A stretch of 64,000 nt of DNA from Phallusia mammillata. Taxonomy: Eukaryota. The DNA is taken from contig OZ281496.1 of assembly GCA_965637545.1 (NCBI GenBank), forward strand, positions 26,226,001-26,290,000, given 5' to 3'. Position numbers and translations under genes: made by a program. Positions within the stretch are counted from its first letter, which is position 1, and every line of letters begins with the position of its first letter. Under the pieces are notes generated by a model, which saw only the letters and a program-made list of their open reading frames with translations, was not told the DNA's origin and ran no database searches. Positions 45,519 to 58,055 of this stretch are shown one piece after another.

Positions 45519-48500
45519 ATGTCCCATAATCGGGGAAGAAGAAATACCGAAAACGCCTACATTGTTTCGGACCAAAAAAATACCGCCCAGACCTATTCAG
45601 GTGACCTTAGTTTGCTTTTTTTGAAAGCTTTTAAAGTCTTCTTTGTGTTTCATGCAGTTCAGCGCTTGGGTAGCTTTAAACCGACTCAGCCATGGTCACT
45701 GCAACACGCTGTTAAAGATGTTGACGATTTGCGTGGTGTGGTATTAGGAATCTCTAGTGTAATGCTTATCACATTCATTTGCGGATTTGCAACAATTTAT
45801 GTTTTGGTATGTAGTCTGTGTTTGGAAAGAGTGTATGGAAGCAATGTATACAAGAACCGTTAAAGTTTAAGTACCGTAAACTGCCCGCGCTCTCAGTAAA
45901 AACCTTTTTGAATACATCCCGCATTTTCGCAAATTAAAAAAAGATTAAACTGTTTCGTTTTCTTTTATTCATAATGTAAAATCAAGTTTCACCTTACCCC
46001 TTACATTGTTGTTTAAATATGTTCTTAAAGCCTTGACATTGAAAATCCAGGGTTTCAAACAGTGAGTTCTTTTGTACTTACCACGTGTTGTTAGAATACA
46101 AAAGTTTGGTAATATTATGCTTATTAGTTGTTGTTGTTTTTTGTATCGAAGAGCATTGTTGGCTGATTTATAAATAATTTGAATACATATATATATATAT
46201 ATAAATAAATAAATATATCCTACTTAAACTGTGATTACATTTTTAGATTTTGGGACACGAACCGCCACAAGAAAAATACAACGGTATAACTAATATATTT
46301 TATTTGTAATAGGCTACTGTGCTCTCAATAAAATCCCACTTTTGCAGGCACATGTCTCAACAATGGATCATACAATTTTAGTGTTCAATCTCTTGATTTC
46401 AATTGTATTTGTACTCCGGAATTTACAGGACAGGATTGTGGAATTGGTGAGTTTAGGATTGTGAAACTTTTGGGTTTGTTTATTGATGCATGTGCGCATC
46501 TGGATCGGTCGCTTTAGATGAAAATCGCAAAAAGCGCTAAAACGTATGTCTACACACACCACTTCTAAAACTATTTGGTGAAACTGTTAAAATACACGTA
46601 ACAGACTGATTTAAAACAAATAGTATCAGGTTTTTATCCAAACGTTTTTTAATGGTGTGCTGTTTCAAATCGTTTTAAATTAGTTCAAAACTATTTTTTT
46701 CCATCTGTGCTATTTCTAACATTTAGACATAGATGAATGTTCGATTGGGACTCATAACTGCAGCCACCGGGAGGATTGCACAAATTTATATGGAGGTCAC
46801 CTGTGTACTTGTAACTCAAACCACACTCGAAGTGGCACCCAGTGCAGTAAGTCGTATCAAAAGATGTGGCAAGGTTACGAATTGGATCCTTTTTTTTCCC
46901 AATTACTACAAAGGCTCAAAATGTTGTCGACTTTGTTTACTTTGTTGGTAGTTTCTGATTCGATATTGCAATGCCCGACCTGTGCAGTGTTAAGGGCAGA
47001 GAAACAATTAAACGGTGGGCAGTTTTGTAATGTATACAAGCTTTACTTTTGACATAGTTACAAACAAGTACAGTGCGCCTAAAATGGCGTAAAAAGTATA
47101 AGTCGCCTAAACCAGTGGTCGGCAACCGCCGGTCCGCGAGGAGTTAGTTACCGGGCCGTATGCTATTTCCGGTTAAATGCTTTTTAACATTTTGCCCATG
47201 TGTCTCGGGGAATATAAACTAACTTAGTCGTTTTCATTGGTAAATATTTGTAGTTTTTTGAAGGCCGGTCCTCGATAAAATTTCGGTTTCAAAAACGGTC
47301 CTTGGTACAAAAAAGGTTGCCGACCCCTGGCCTAAACAACCTACGCTTTTGCAGGAACTAACTACTGTTCGGCTAATCCGGGGCTTTGCATACATGGAGC
47401 ATGTGTGGATACAACTACAGATTATGACTGTATATGTGATAGCTGGTGGGAAGGCAAAAACTGTGACAGTAAGCTGCTACGCTATATAAAATAATGCTGC
47501 CTAAAATTTGTTTTGCCCGAAATATTTCGGCAAGCACGTATAATTTGGACTTGAACTTAATTTGGAGCCCCCTGCTCTGATCGAGCTTGCAAAAGGAAAA
47601 CAAGAAATGTACATATCGCACAAACACGTTTTGCATCCGTCGCAACTTTATTCTGTAAACCTATAGCTTATATGTTTTGCGTTTATCCACAGCAAATGTA
47701 TTTTACTTCACAGCAACTCGCTCATTTGGTTTTCTCCATTAATCAAGACAAAGTAGAATCAGATAAAACAGTAGTTCCTAACATTTTTCGACGAATTCCA
47801 CATTTGACAATTCAAAACATGCTTATTCCTTCCCAATGGACTGCATAGTGGATGCTTAACCATACAAAGATCATTTAATTAAAGTTAATTCCTACCCTCG
47901 AGTTTCAAAATTTCTTTCCGGTTGGCAAGCACACAATTAACACACCAACACGACATATCAGGTGACAATAAAAAAGATTATTTTATTATATATATTGTAG
48001 CCCCAAGTCGTCATGCCTTGTTAAACAAATTGCGTAATTGGACGCATGCAAGGATACATTGTCAAGATCTCGGCGCAGACTTAGCGCACTGGGGGATGCG
48101 AGATCCAATAATTCGAAGGTAAATGTTACATGGCACAAGAATGAATATTTATTTTCCAAGCATTACTGGTTGCTCGTTGTTGCTACTGGCAACTGTGTTC
48201 GAACCAGCAACAAAACAATTTGCTAAATATGTGAACACACGTGTTAATTCAAAGGATGAATCTGTTCGACAACAATACAAGAAAACCATTGAAGAAACAT
48301 TGATTATAGTAAAAAAATATTTTATAGTTGGTTCAGTGAGTGGGTCCTTAGTTGGGACACAAACCCGAACATCCAGGCCTAAAACCAGGGCAGAACACAT
48401 TTTTTTTAAATCGTTCCAAAGTTAGGTTTCGTATGTGGAAACTCAGACATGAAAATACAAAGTTAAGTTTCAGGCTACAGTTAAGTTTATTTATAAGCTT

Positions 48501-48980
48501 ATTCAAAACTAAGCCCAAACTTGGCCCGAAAAGCCCGGTCCGACTGCTCTTGTTTGTTAGGCTGAATATCATATGTGATAAAAAGTTGATTTAAACCCAC
48601 TGCTCTTTTTTGTTAGGCTAAATATGATAAAAAGTTGATTCAAACCCAGCGTGTACCTCCCTTACATTAGGATTTTTAGCTAAAAATATTATGAATTGTT
48701 TTTTACCAGACAAATAGTCGATTTCTTGCTTCGTCCTCTTGGCGGTGCATTTTGGATCGGTTTAACGGACCTTGATGTGGAAGGTGAATGGAAATACATT
48801 GATGGTGTAGCAATAACAGAGAGCAATTCTAATTTCAAAACCAACCAACCAAACAACGTTGGAGGCGAATTGTTAAAGGACGCCAATTGTGCTGTCATAA
48901 AAGAATACGATGACTTCCAAATGGACGATATTAACTGTGATTTAATCCGAAACTCTATTTGCGAGAAAAGTCGAATTTGA
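45519..48980 (+). pseudogene. L9: paralog of L8, all exons open except the putative stalk exon (in-frame TGA); pseudogene or rescued by unidentified splicing
   Basis: Exons 45519-45600, 45658-45806, 46051-46108 (TGA at 46063-46065), 46348-46446, 46727-46846, 47355-47468, 48001-48118 and 48710-48980 (QPN..MDD). AATAAA at 49011. Confidence 0.65.
47113..47329. mobile_element. hAT MITE in an L9 intron, 217 bp
   Basis: TIR CAGTGGTCGGCAACC / GGTTGCCGACCCCTG; TSD GCCTAAAC at 47105-47112 and 47330-47337. Absent from the L8 paralog. Confidence 0.9.
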
Positions 48981-50845
48981 ACTTCAGTTTTATGGCATTT
49001 TTGGCAGTGCAATAAACTTTACATTCAAATGCGATGTTCTCGCTTCTAAAGTAATAGTTGCTTTTGAAACCACCCACGACTGATTGTTACTTTTGCAAGA
49101 GATATATTGGCAATCGAAGTTGAAACCTTTGACCGTTTAATAACTCGAGGATGTGATGGAATTTACAGAATTACTTGATGCCCAAGCTGACGTTTTGGCT
49201 CCGCTAATATTTTTGCAGGTACAATTATTACTGGCGTTGGAATTTAGTATTGACACAAATGTACATCCTAATTTCCGTGTTCTCATTTCAACAGGTATTC
49301 CATAATAATTTCTTCACGGAATATGCGTAATCAACATATTTCCTAGATATTTTACTGAAAGCAATGAGGATATGGAAGATATGTTTTTGTATTCACTTTG
49401 GTTCGTAACGACCTAGCATTTAAGGTATTTCTTGATATTGTCTATATTGTATACATGACTAGATGAATGATACACAGCAGAAGTACATTGGCACAAGTCG
49501 GTCGGTTGTGAACAGTAAAAATCACAATTGTTAGGATTTTGGTAAAGGTGCGCTTGTCTAAAAGAATACTAAACTAAACTGTCAAAAAGGCTACAGATTT
49601 CACACGTAATGTCCGTTTTATTTGCTTTTACGTTAATAATGTTACAATGTGTATACGCCGCCAGTGCTGCTCAGGTTCTAAACGAACTGTCTTTGTTGTT
49701 ATACGCAACATTATACCTGTGAAATACATGTAAAAGCTCTTGAACGGGCGTTCCCGAAAATGTCTCGACAGTGTTGCGTTCAATTGTCTCTTCTAATTGT
49801 TTGTTGTAAAACTGACCAGTGTGTAAACAATCCACGTCGCGGCGGCCGTAAAACCCATTTGACAATTAAAAACTCCCTGAAATGTCATGCTACGCACTCA
49901 AGGGGGTCGTAATTTTTGATAAAATCGTACTGATATTTTTTGTAAAAGCTATATTACCTTTTAAAGTCATTTTATTTGAAAAAAAGGTTTATTAAACGAA
50001 ATTCGCAGTTTATTGTTATTTTATCGGATATTAGCATGCTTACTTTCAACAACTTATATCTGCTAGAAGTTTCTCCTTTCTATAAAAAAGTTTAAAATAT
50101 AAAGATTCAAAATCAAGTTTCTTTGCGCATAGTACTGCAAAACCAAAGTGTTGTTTTCATTATTACATTTATATCCCTATGGAAGTCAAATTACATATAA
50201 ATTATTAACATGGTTGATTAGTTCTTACACAAAATACCAAGACGCAATATTTTGTTCTTACATGGTTTACCGTTTTGGTCCAACTTCACATTAAATCAAC
50301 AAAGACGACATTTTAACAGCTATCGCTCAATTGGTACCATCACAGACCAATCTGTAAAGTGTTTAAGCGGGTATGACCTTTTAGCAAACCGTTAGTGGAA
50401 CGGCGCAATTTAGGGACTCATGACATTTTGTAAGCATGGCGATATATTGCCGCTATAGTCCTTAACCTGACCGGCAGGGACACCAGGCTGTATCACGTGT
50501 CTTGCGCGTGTGAAAATCTTACTTGCTGTTTGTTGTCAGTGAGTGTTTCAAGGAATATGCGCCGTAGAGTAGGGCAATAATCAGGGTGGTTTTGACGTTC
50601 TAACTGCCCTTCGTTGTGCCCTGCGGTGCCGGACTGTCAGGTTGGGCGAAGCTCATATGTTTATTTGAAAGATTGCCCTGACGCCTGTCTAAATGCCAGC
50701 GCCAACTTAATCAACATGTTTTTCACGTTGTGCCACGCCACGCGTAAAATACTACGGGTCGTAACCTGGTGTTTAAAAGACCAGCAACTAGCCTATGGAG
50801 TATCATTCAAACGGAGCAACGAAGTAAAACAGACTATTCGTTAAA

Positions 50846-53800
50846 ATGAAGGCTTGTCTTTTCATCGCTCTTGCCTGTGCCTTTTTAAGTTTCGCAAGCA
50901 GTAAGTAATGCCGCATTTATGGCTGTGTGATTAGCGTTAATTGTGGTAGGGTAGCATACGTTAAATAGTTGCGTGTTCGCTATCGTTTTCCGCTTTTGCT
51001 AAAGTTTTCGTAATATAAAGCTGGTAATAATTGAAAAAAATGACGTAAATAAATTTTTGAAGTTTGGTTGTCGCTTTTAATTTTTTTTAACCAACTTCAC
51101 TGTGTTACAGGTTTGCATTGTTGGACCTGCAGAAACGCACGCAGTGTTGAAAGTTGCGACCGTTTCGGAACCTTGGAAAAATGTCAATATAACGAGGTAG
51201 TTCTAACGCGTCTATAACTATGTGTAGACACAAATCTGAGATACTTAACTGTGTTTTGTTATAGCAAGCATGTCAGACCGTTCACAGAAGAATTGGATAT
51301 TTCTCGGTGATAAACAAACGTTGCAAGCAAGCTCATGCTTGTGAAACAAATCAAGCTCAAGTAAGTAAACCACTTCACTCGATATTTTGTGCCCAATTTC
51401 TCACTCGCTGAGCTGATGCGCTCAATGGTGTTTTTCTTTCATAAAAACTGAAAAGTGACTTTACGAGAAAAAAATTGCACCTTTGTTAGGCGATTTAAAA
51501 AAATAACAATACTTATTGGTGGATCATTTTCCGTAAAATTTTAATGTGCAAACAATTGCGATTGTTAAAACATGTGCAAAAATATCAGTCATTTATGAAA
51601 CTCGTTGGTATAAACCAGTGGTTCTCAAACTTTTTTTTATTGCGACGCCTCTGGAAAAGTTTTCCCGACTTGCGACGCACCAGCAAATAAAAGTTAATGA
51701 GGAAACTTATTAATAAAGTTGTGTTTATTGATACAACAACAAAAAGCCACGAAACGAAACTATTCTGCGAGGCCCTTGGAAAATTGAAACGACGCACCAG
51801 GGCGTCGCGACGCACAGTTTGAGAACTACTGGTATAAACGATTGTAATTAATCTAGCTCCTCGTAGCAATCGTCTTAAAAATTTGTGCAAAAATGTTTTC
51901 CAAAGTTTTTGTTTGACAATTAAATTCACTAGATCGTGTTGCAATCATTTCCTTCGACCTTTGCTTGTGCAATTGCGATATGCTCGCACATTCTTAAGGT
52001 GTCTAGTCCGTGCATAAAACAATGTCCAACATAGAGCATACGTAACTAATGTTGCTGTAATATTCTAACGGACTTGTGTGTTGCCTCGTTGACGAATATA
52101 ATTTCACATTTCAGAACGATCGACCGTCTGGTAAATCCACGCAGTGCAACACAGACCAAGTCAATTCGGTATGCAGATGTTGCTGCAAAGACGACAAGTG
52201 CAATATGGGAGGTTTAAAATGCAGTTCAAGAGGAGGTAATTGACAAATGATTTGTAACAACTGTGGCATGTTAAACAAAAGTAACCGAATTCGTATTATT
52301 ACTGTTGTCGGGGCAGTTTCTACGAATCACATTTTTGGCTTGGTTACGATAACGGACTATATTAGGCACCCGAAGTATAGCTTGTATTAAAATAGTAAAA
52401 GGGCAAAAAATGACAATCGTAGACTGATACAAAAAACGCTTTCGTGTAATGGATTTAACTATTAACTAACATAATATGAAAATGCGCTCGGTACAAACCC
52501 ATTTTTCCCAGCCTCAAAGTGGAACCATGTATATCTTCACAGTAACAGAGTTCCCGACTCTTAAGAAAAAGAAATTGGCCTGAAAGATACTAAACCACGA
52601 CTTAAACGAGCCCGAGTGGGAATTCAGCTCCGAATCTACACTGTGATATCTTAACTTAAACCCGAACACTGCCGGAAAAGTTCGGCCATACTTACAACTC
52701 TGTATCATTATGTCTTACTGTAGACCAAGTTTGCCCTGCACTTGAGCCAGTGTCGTACGGAAGCACTGACTGCACTCGTGGTAACTCTTCTGGATCAGTG
52801 TGTTCGTTTGGCTGCAACAGACCAGGGTACTCACTTCACCCACCACGTCACACTACATCGGAATGTTTTACCAGCGGGAAATGGAGCAATCCTGCGCCAT
52901 GTTGTGCACGTAAGTTTCAAATCACTTGAATTGTTTTGTAGCGAAACGATTTTTAACACATTGATGCTGATGTTCAGTGTTTATGTTAATCTGCAGCATG
53001 TAGTTTTATTGTATGAAAAATAGATTCTATAAAAATCCAACGCAGTTATATTACACTGGGATATTTAGGAAAACATTAGTTCACTTGTCAATCACACATA
53101 TTGCTGACTATAAGAATAAATAATACGTAGAACGCGTCCCCGCAACTAAACCGTTTTCAAAAGGTTTCTACTTCTAATGATGATTTTGACACTGTTTGTC
53201 TTTTTATCGTTATGGCTTGTAACATACAAATCATTATTTGTGAAGGTCAGTGCCCACCTTTCCTGCTTTTCGACTCTGTAATCTTGTTTCACGCTGATCA
53301 ACCGAGAAATACTGGAGCCATGATGATGCTCGCCGAAATCTTTCGCCAGTAAGTTGTATTCCACACAAAAAGGATCGCAAAATGTAGTTTTCTCCCAAAT
53401 TTGAGATTTATAACATCAATCCTCTGTACAGATCTGTGGAAGTTGGCCAGGACAGCATTCGATTTGCAGGCGCTTACTTCAGTGGCGTGACGATGATCAC
53501 ATCAAGGATACGTTTCAGCGATTACACTGATTCTGACTCTTTGCGTCAACTTGTTATTAACCGACTTCACAACCCTAAAAACACAGGTAAACCCAACACA
53601 GAGTTAACCAGAGTTGTAATGACTGGAGTCATGAACTCGAGTCGTTTAATTGAACTTGACAAAATCTTAGTGGCTTTGTGACAAACACTCAACAAACGTG
53701 AAACGGCTTATCCATCAGTTGAAGATACTTTATCCAAAAACTAATTACTAAAACTCTGACCTTGACTCGTACTCGCTGGGTTCTTGATTCTACTCGACTG

Positions 53801-54447
53801 TTTTTGTGATCTGGACGTTTTATAAGACTTGTTTTATAAATAGGGAAAACTCGTTTTAGGGGTTATATTTGTTAACTCTGCAAATTATTGTTTATTGCAG
53901 AGGATGGTTTGGTAAACGCAACATCGGCGTTAGAGTTCACCATGCAGAACCTTCTAGTACCAGAAGCTGGAATGCGTGGACCTGAAGTCCCCAAGAAAAT
54001 TACTATCATGACTAATCAAAATCCAGACGATGACACAGCAGAATATGCAAGGCAGCTTCGTAACAATCCTGACCTACCAGTTGAGGTAATCTGAATGTCT
54101 ACATGCATGGGTAGCAGAAACTCAAAATTATGTCTAAAGTTTGGTCACAAAACAATAATGTCCCTTAAATGGGTTTCAGAAGCCATAAATGCAAGACATT
54201 AATACGCTGCTAATAGCGTGTAAAACAGGTTTTTCTTGAAACTCTTTTTTTGACACAGTTTCTGGTCCTGGGATTCCAGAACGAAGGCATGGAATTGGAT
54301 TACAATAAAATGGTCGATATAACCGGATCTCCAGACAGAGTTTTCCTTTTTGAAAACGACCCTACCAAAATCAACTCCGATTCTATCAAAGAGATTCACG
54401 ACTTCTTGTGTGCGAACCCATGCAGGCACGTTCTGCCAGGTCTTTAG
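50846..54447 (+). CDS. V1: secreted three-finger(LU-like)-sushi-vWA protein (391 aa)
   Basis: Exons 50846-50900 (signal MKACLFIALACAFLSFAS), 51111-51196, 51265-51360, 52115-52235 (LHCWTC..CRCCCKDDKCN), 52724-52909 (CCP, W..PCC), 53246-53348, 53432-53586, 53901-54085 and 54259-54447 (vWA-like; VPEAGMR..PK; CANPC). 1176 nt, open frame. Confidence 0.88.
51616..51831. mobile_element. hAT/Charlie MITE in V1 intron 3, 216 bp
   Basis: TIR CAGTGGTTCTCAAAC / GTTTGAGAACTACTG; TSD GTATAAAC at 51608-51615 and 51832-51839. Confidence 0.9.
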
Positions 54448-54859
54448 GCTTTTTTCAATTATTTTTTTGTGTTTTTTTGCTGCGTTTTCGTATGCCTAAA
54501 ATGATATTAGCGCCTATCTTTCGTAAAATACACCCTGTCTGTTACAAACGAATATATTTCTCAAGCACACAACAAACAAGGAAATTGGGCGCGCAGAAAC
54601 CATGTAGACCTTAAACAAACTATCACTCGTATATCAAAATCCCGAAAACAAATGTTACAAAGTCCGTCATGCAAAAAAGACAAGTCAGTTGGGGTAACTG
54701 CAGTAGCCTACACATTTTGGCAATTTTGAATATTATTTACTATAATATTGTCTCCGCAAAGTAGTACAGTAGGTTTTTCAACAAGCATATTGAATACATG
54801 TTGTTCTTCAAATGCGCGCCAGTATATAAGCATGCAAAAAAAATCAAAGGCATACAAGG

Positions 54860-57800
54860 TTAGACCTTAGAGCGAACGTAATTACAAGGGTTTTGACAAA
54901 AGTGCAGTGTCACGTCGGCAAGGTAGTCTCCTGTTAACTTGCTGGCGTCACCGTCAAAGATAAAAACGTGTTTTGGATTGCCAGCAATTTCCTCCAACAA
55001 TTCCACATTCAGTTCTCCGACTGGCGGACGAAACCCATACACGTGCGTCTAAATGTCATGAGAATATATTAGAAACTAACAGAGATTTCTAATTTAATTT
55101 CATACATTGTACCAGAGCTGTAAGCGCTCCTGAATTTGGGGTCCAAACCGAAATACGGTTTAGGTCCTATAACTTACTTATCAGAAAGGCAGATTTAATG
55201 ATGCCGAGTTTGAGGTCCGGCTTGAAGAACAATTTATTGAAACTTCAGACCGAACCCATACCCTACTGGAAAAACCTGGCCCAACCAAGAATTGAAAATT
55301 CCGAAGCAAACAGTTTTGCTGGGTGCAATAGTTTTACACGCAATCACACTACACAACCTAAAAATTAATGTTCACCCCTGGACGTTTTGCATTTTAGACG
55401 TATAATAGATAACAATATCGGTATACCCGTAGGCAGTAGATTGAAAGAGTTGGGAAAAGAGAGGAGAATCTACTAACACAAGAACTCACAGACAGGCCTG
55501 CTAATTTCCAAAAGGGGGTCTTGTGTTAGTGGCTCTACCGAAAAGAAAAGAACTGTATACCAAACAAAGGAAAGGTTTACATTACCTCAATGCCACGAGC
55601 TCTAGCCTCCTTCGCTGCCTCCACGGCATCATCTGTTGGGTTGTTGTCCAAAGCAATGGTTATGGCTTTTGGTACATCTGCCCCTCTGGCCCCAACTTCA
55701 GGCACAAACAAATTGTCGACAGCATAGCGGATTGCCAAACCTGTCTTGATTTCACCATCAGCTGCAAAACAACAGTTGCTTACTCAGTTTTAAACCGTAC
55801 CTGAAGTAAACGTGCTATCTTTTGTTAGAATTAGTGCCAATAAATTACAAATTTAGTTTATAGTGAGCTATATATACACAAGAAGCAGAGCATTCGTCGA
55901 AATCAAGTTAGTTGACAGTACAGATGATGGTCTTATTGCGAGTGCAAGTCTCAGGGTCTGACGTTACAGGCTTATCAAAACTTTGCATCCTTTGGAAACA
56001 TTTTTCTTACCGGTCAGAAATTTATCTCAAAATCGAAGGTCAAATGCTTTTTCGTAATGACCTAAAAAAGTATTCTTTTACCTGTGTTGTTAACCTGAAG
56101 TCGTTCCAGTATCATTTCAGTCATTATTGTCTTGTCGTTGTTATATTCGTCGTATCTTACGATGGATTCTGTGTGTAGAATTCCGCTGTAAGCCATAGCA
56201 GCGAGTTTTGCAGCGTTTTCTCCGACATTTACGTTTCTGAAAATTTAAACAAACTAAATTCCAGGGTACATGATGCAAAAAAAAAACATGAACACTTGTG
56301 TAATCGGGAACTATAAAGCCAGTTTCACAGAGTAGCCTACGCCGTGACCATCACATTTTATCATTTGCTTGTGCGAAAAACGGCCAGCTAAACTTACTAA
56401 AAGCTCGTTATCATTTTTTTTTTGGTTTTGGAGTCTTCTACTTTACTTAGTAAACTTGCTCGATATCTTTTCCAAAAATATATATCGCGACGTTTATTTT
56501 GAGTTTTGTTATTGAAACTCAAATTATCCTATAAGTATGTATTGCACTTACGCAAAGAAATCTAAAAACACTTGTGTTCTGGCTGGTCCGGTTTCCTCCG
56601 GGTAGGCACCATGAAGAAGAATAACTGAGTCAAACAGAATATACGGAGGACACGGACCTGAAATTATGCAATGCAAGTTATAATTCGCTGACAAAGCAAA
56701 ACAAACAAGAAACAAGACGGATAACCTTCCAGAATAATTTGCTATTAGGATAAAAACTTACGGGCGCAACAAGGCGTTGAATACTGCCATGTTCCGTTCT
56801 CTTGACAAGAATTGGAGTCTTGTCCATTGGGGTGAAGTGCGAATTCTGGCGTGGTGCATTCATATTCACAGCGAGCGTCAGATGTAGCTTCGTTGCTGCA
56901 CTTTACATTTCCATTGGGAATGACTTTAGGTTGTGGTGGGCAGACACCTGTATGAAATCAAAAAAAAAAAGAAACCTGATTTGGATCCTGAACTTATGAT
57001 ACTGCTTATGCTGATGGATTCCTAACTTTTGCGGATTACACCTTACAATTATTAAGTGTTGTGGAAATGCTGCTGATTTGCTATGTAGCCTATACAGCGA
57101 TTTGTGTTGGCGAAATGACGGGCTCGTTTAATCTTTATTGTTGGTGTAAACCTCCGCTTTGCCAAGCTGTGCCCACCCACCTTGGAAAGCACTGGTCTAA
57201 ATCACATGCTCGTCGCTGCGTTTTACTTAGCAACAACGTTGCGTCGTACCTGGATACTTAACACACGGTACATCGCCTCGGTTGCAACCGTTGTCATGGC
57301 AACAGCAGGTGCAGAAAGAGTTTCGCTGATCCCCGTTGCATTGCGTTGAAGAACCAGAGTAGCGATCGTTCTACAATCAAGAAGGTGGTTTTCAGAATCA
57401 ACCTGTTCGGCTGGTTTAGTTGAAATCATTTGCTCACCTGAAGTTGGTTGTTTAAACATGCGCGCGTCTGTTTGCAGCCTTTTTTAACGATGTAATTGTT
57501 GTGATTTCGACGAACTACAGTCTCGCAGCTTTTCTGAATCATTACAGAAGCGGTGAATGCCTTGTAAGCTTACGAAACTGACAAAGGAACTTAGCGACAG
57601 TAATATTGACTTGGTCTATATTACTGATGATGCCTACGTTTTGCGAAAAAACTAACCTCGTTGGGAAGACACACTTTCAGTTCCCCTGTTGTGTCGCATT
57701 CAAAAGTACTTGACGAAGAAGAGCATGTCATGCACTGCAGACCTTAAACAGATATTTACGTTCTTCGTTAGAATTATGTTTGATACATCAATTTTTTTAC

Positions 57801-58055
57801 GACATACTACATAAACCGATAATTCATACGTCAAGAAATTATAAGAATACAATTTATACCAACATTATACTTTCCTAGTTTATTCTTTGTTAGACTGATG
57901 TTGCATACATACACTTTGCAACATATAACAGGCTTAATTTCATACGCTAAGATTAAAAAACTTCTTATCTCAACATTATACTTTTAAAATTGTAAATCTT
58001 TACCTGAAGTATACCCCAGAAACGCAGCGTAGATCAGAATTGCAGCGAAATACAT
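54860..58055 (-). CDS. V2: secreted LU-like-sushi-vWA protein (388 aa), tail-to-tail with V1
   Basis: Exons 58055-58004 (MYFAAILIYAAFLGYTS), 57742-57657, 57533-57438, 57370-57250, 56947-56762, 56657-56552, 56236-56082, 55761-55586 and 55048-54860. Same phases as V1, 1167 nt, open frame. Confidence 0.88.

Larger units (their letters stand above)
40850..49700. repeat. Tandem duplication D containing L8 and L9
   Basis: ~40850-44900 is collinear with ~45040-49700, including upstream, intronic and downstream DNA. More diverged than duplications A and B. Confidence 0.85.

Noticed and set aside
46185-46216. (TA)n/(TAAA)n tract and poly-T runs
   Set aside because: Ordinary intronic low-complexity sequence.
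1-48980. Naming the receptors CD94/KLR, selectin, CLEC or fester orthologs, or calling the tail motifs ITIMs
   Set aside because: Architecture differs from each of these and orthology cannot be shown without phylogeny. The -2 residue (T or N) does not fit the ITIM consensus.
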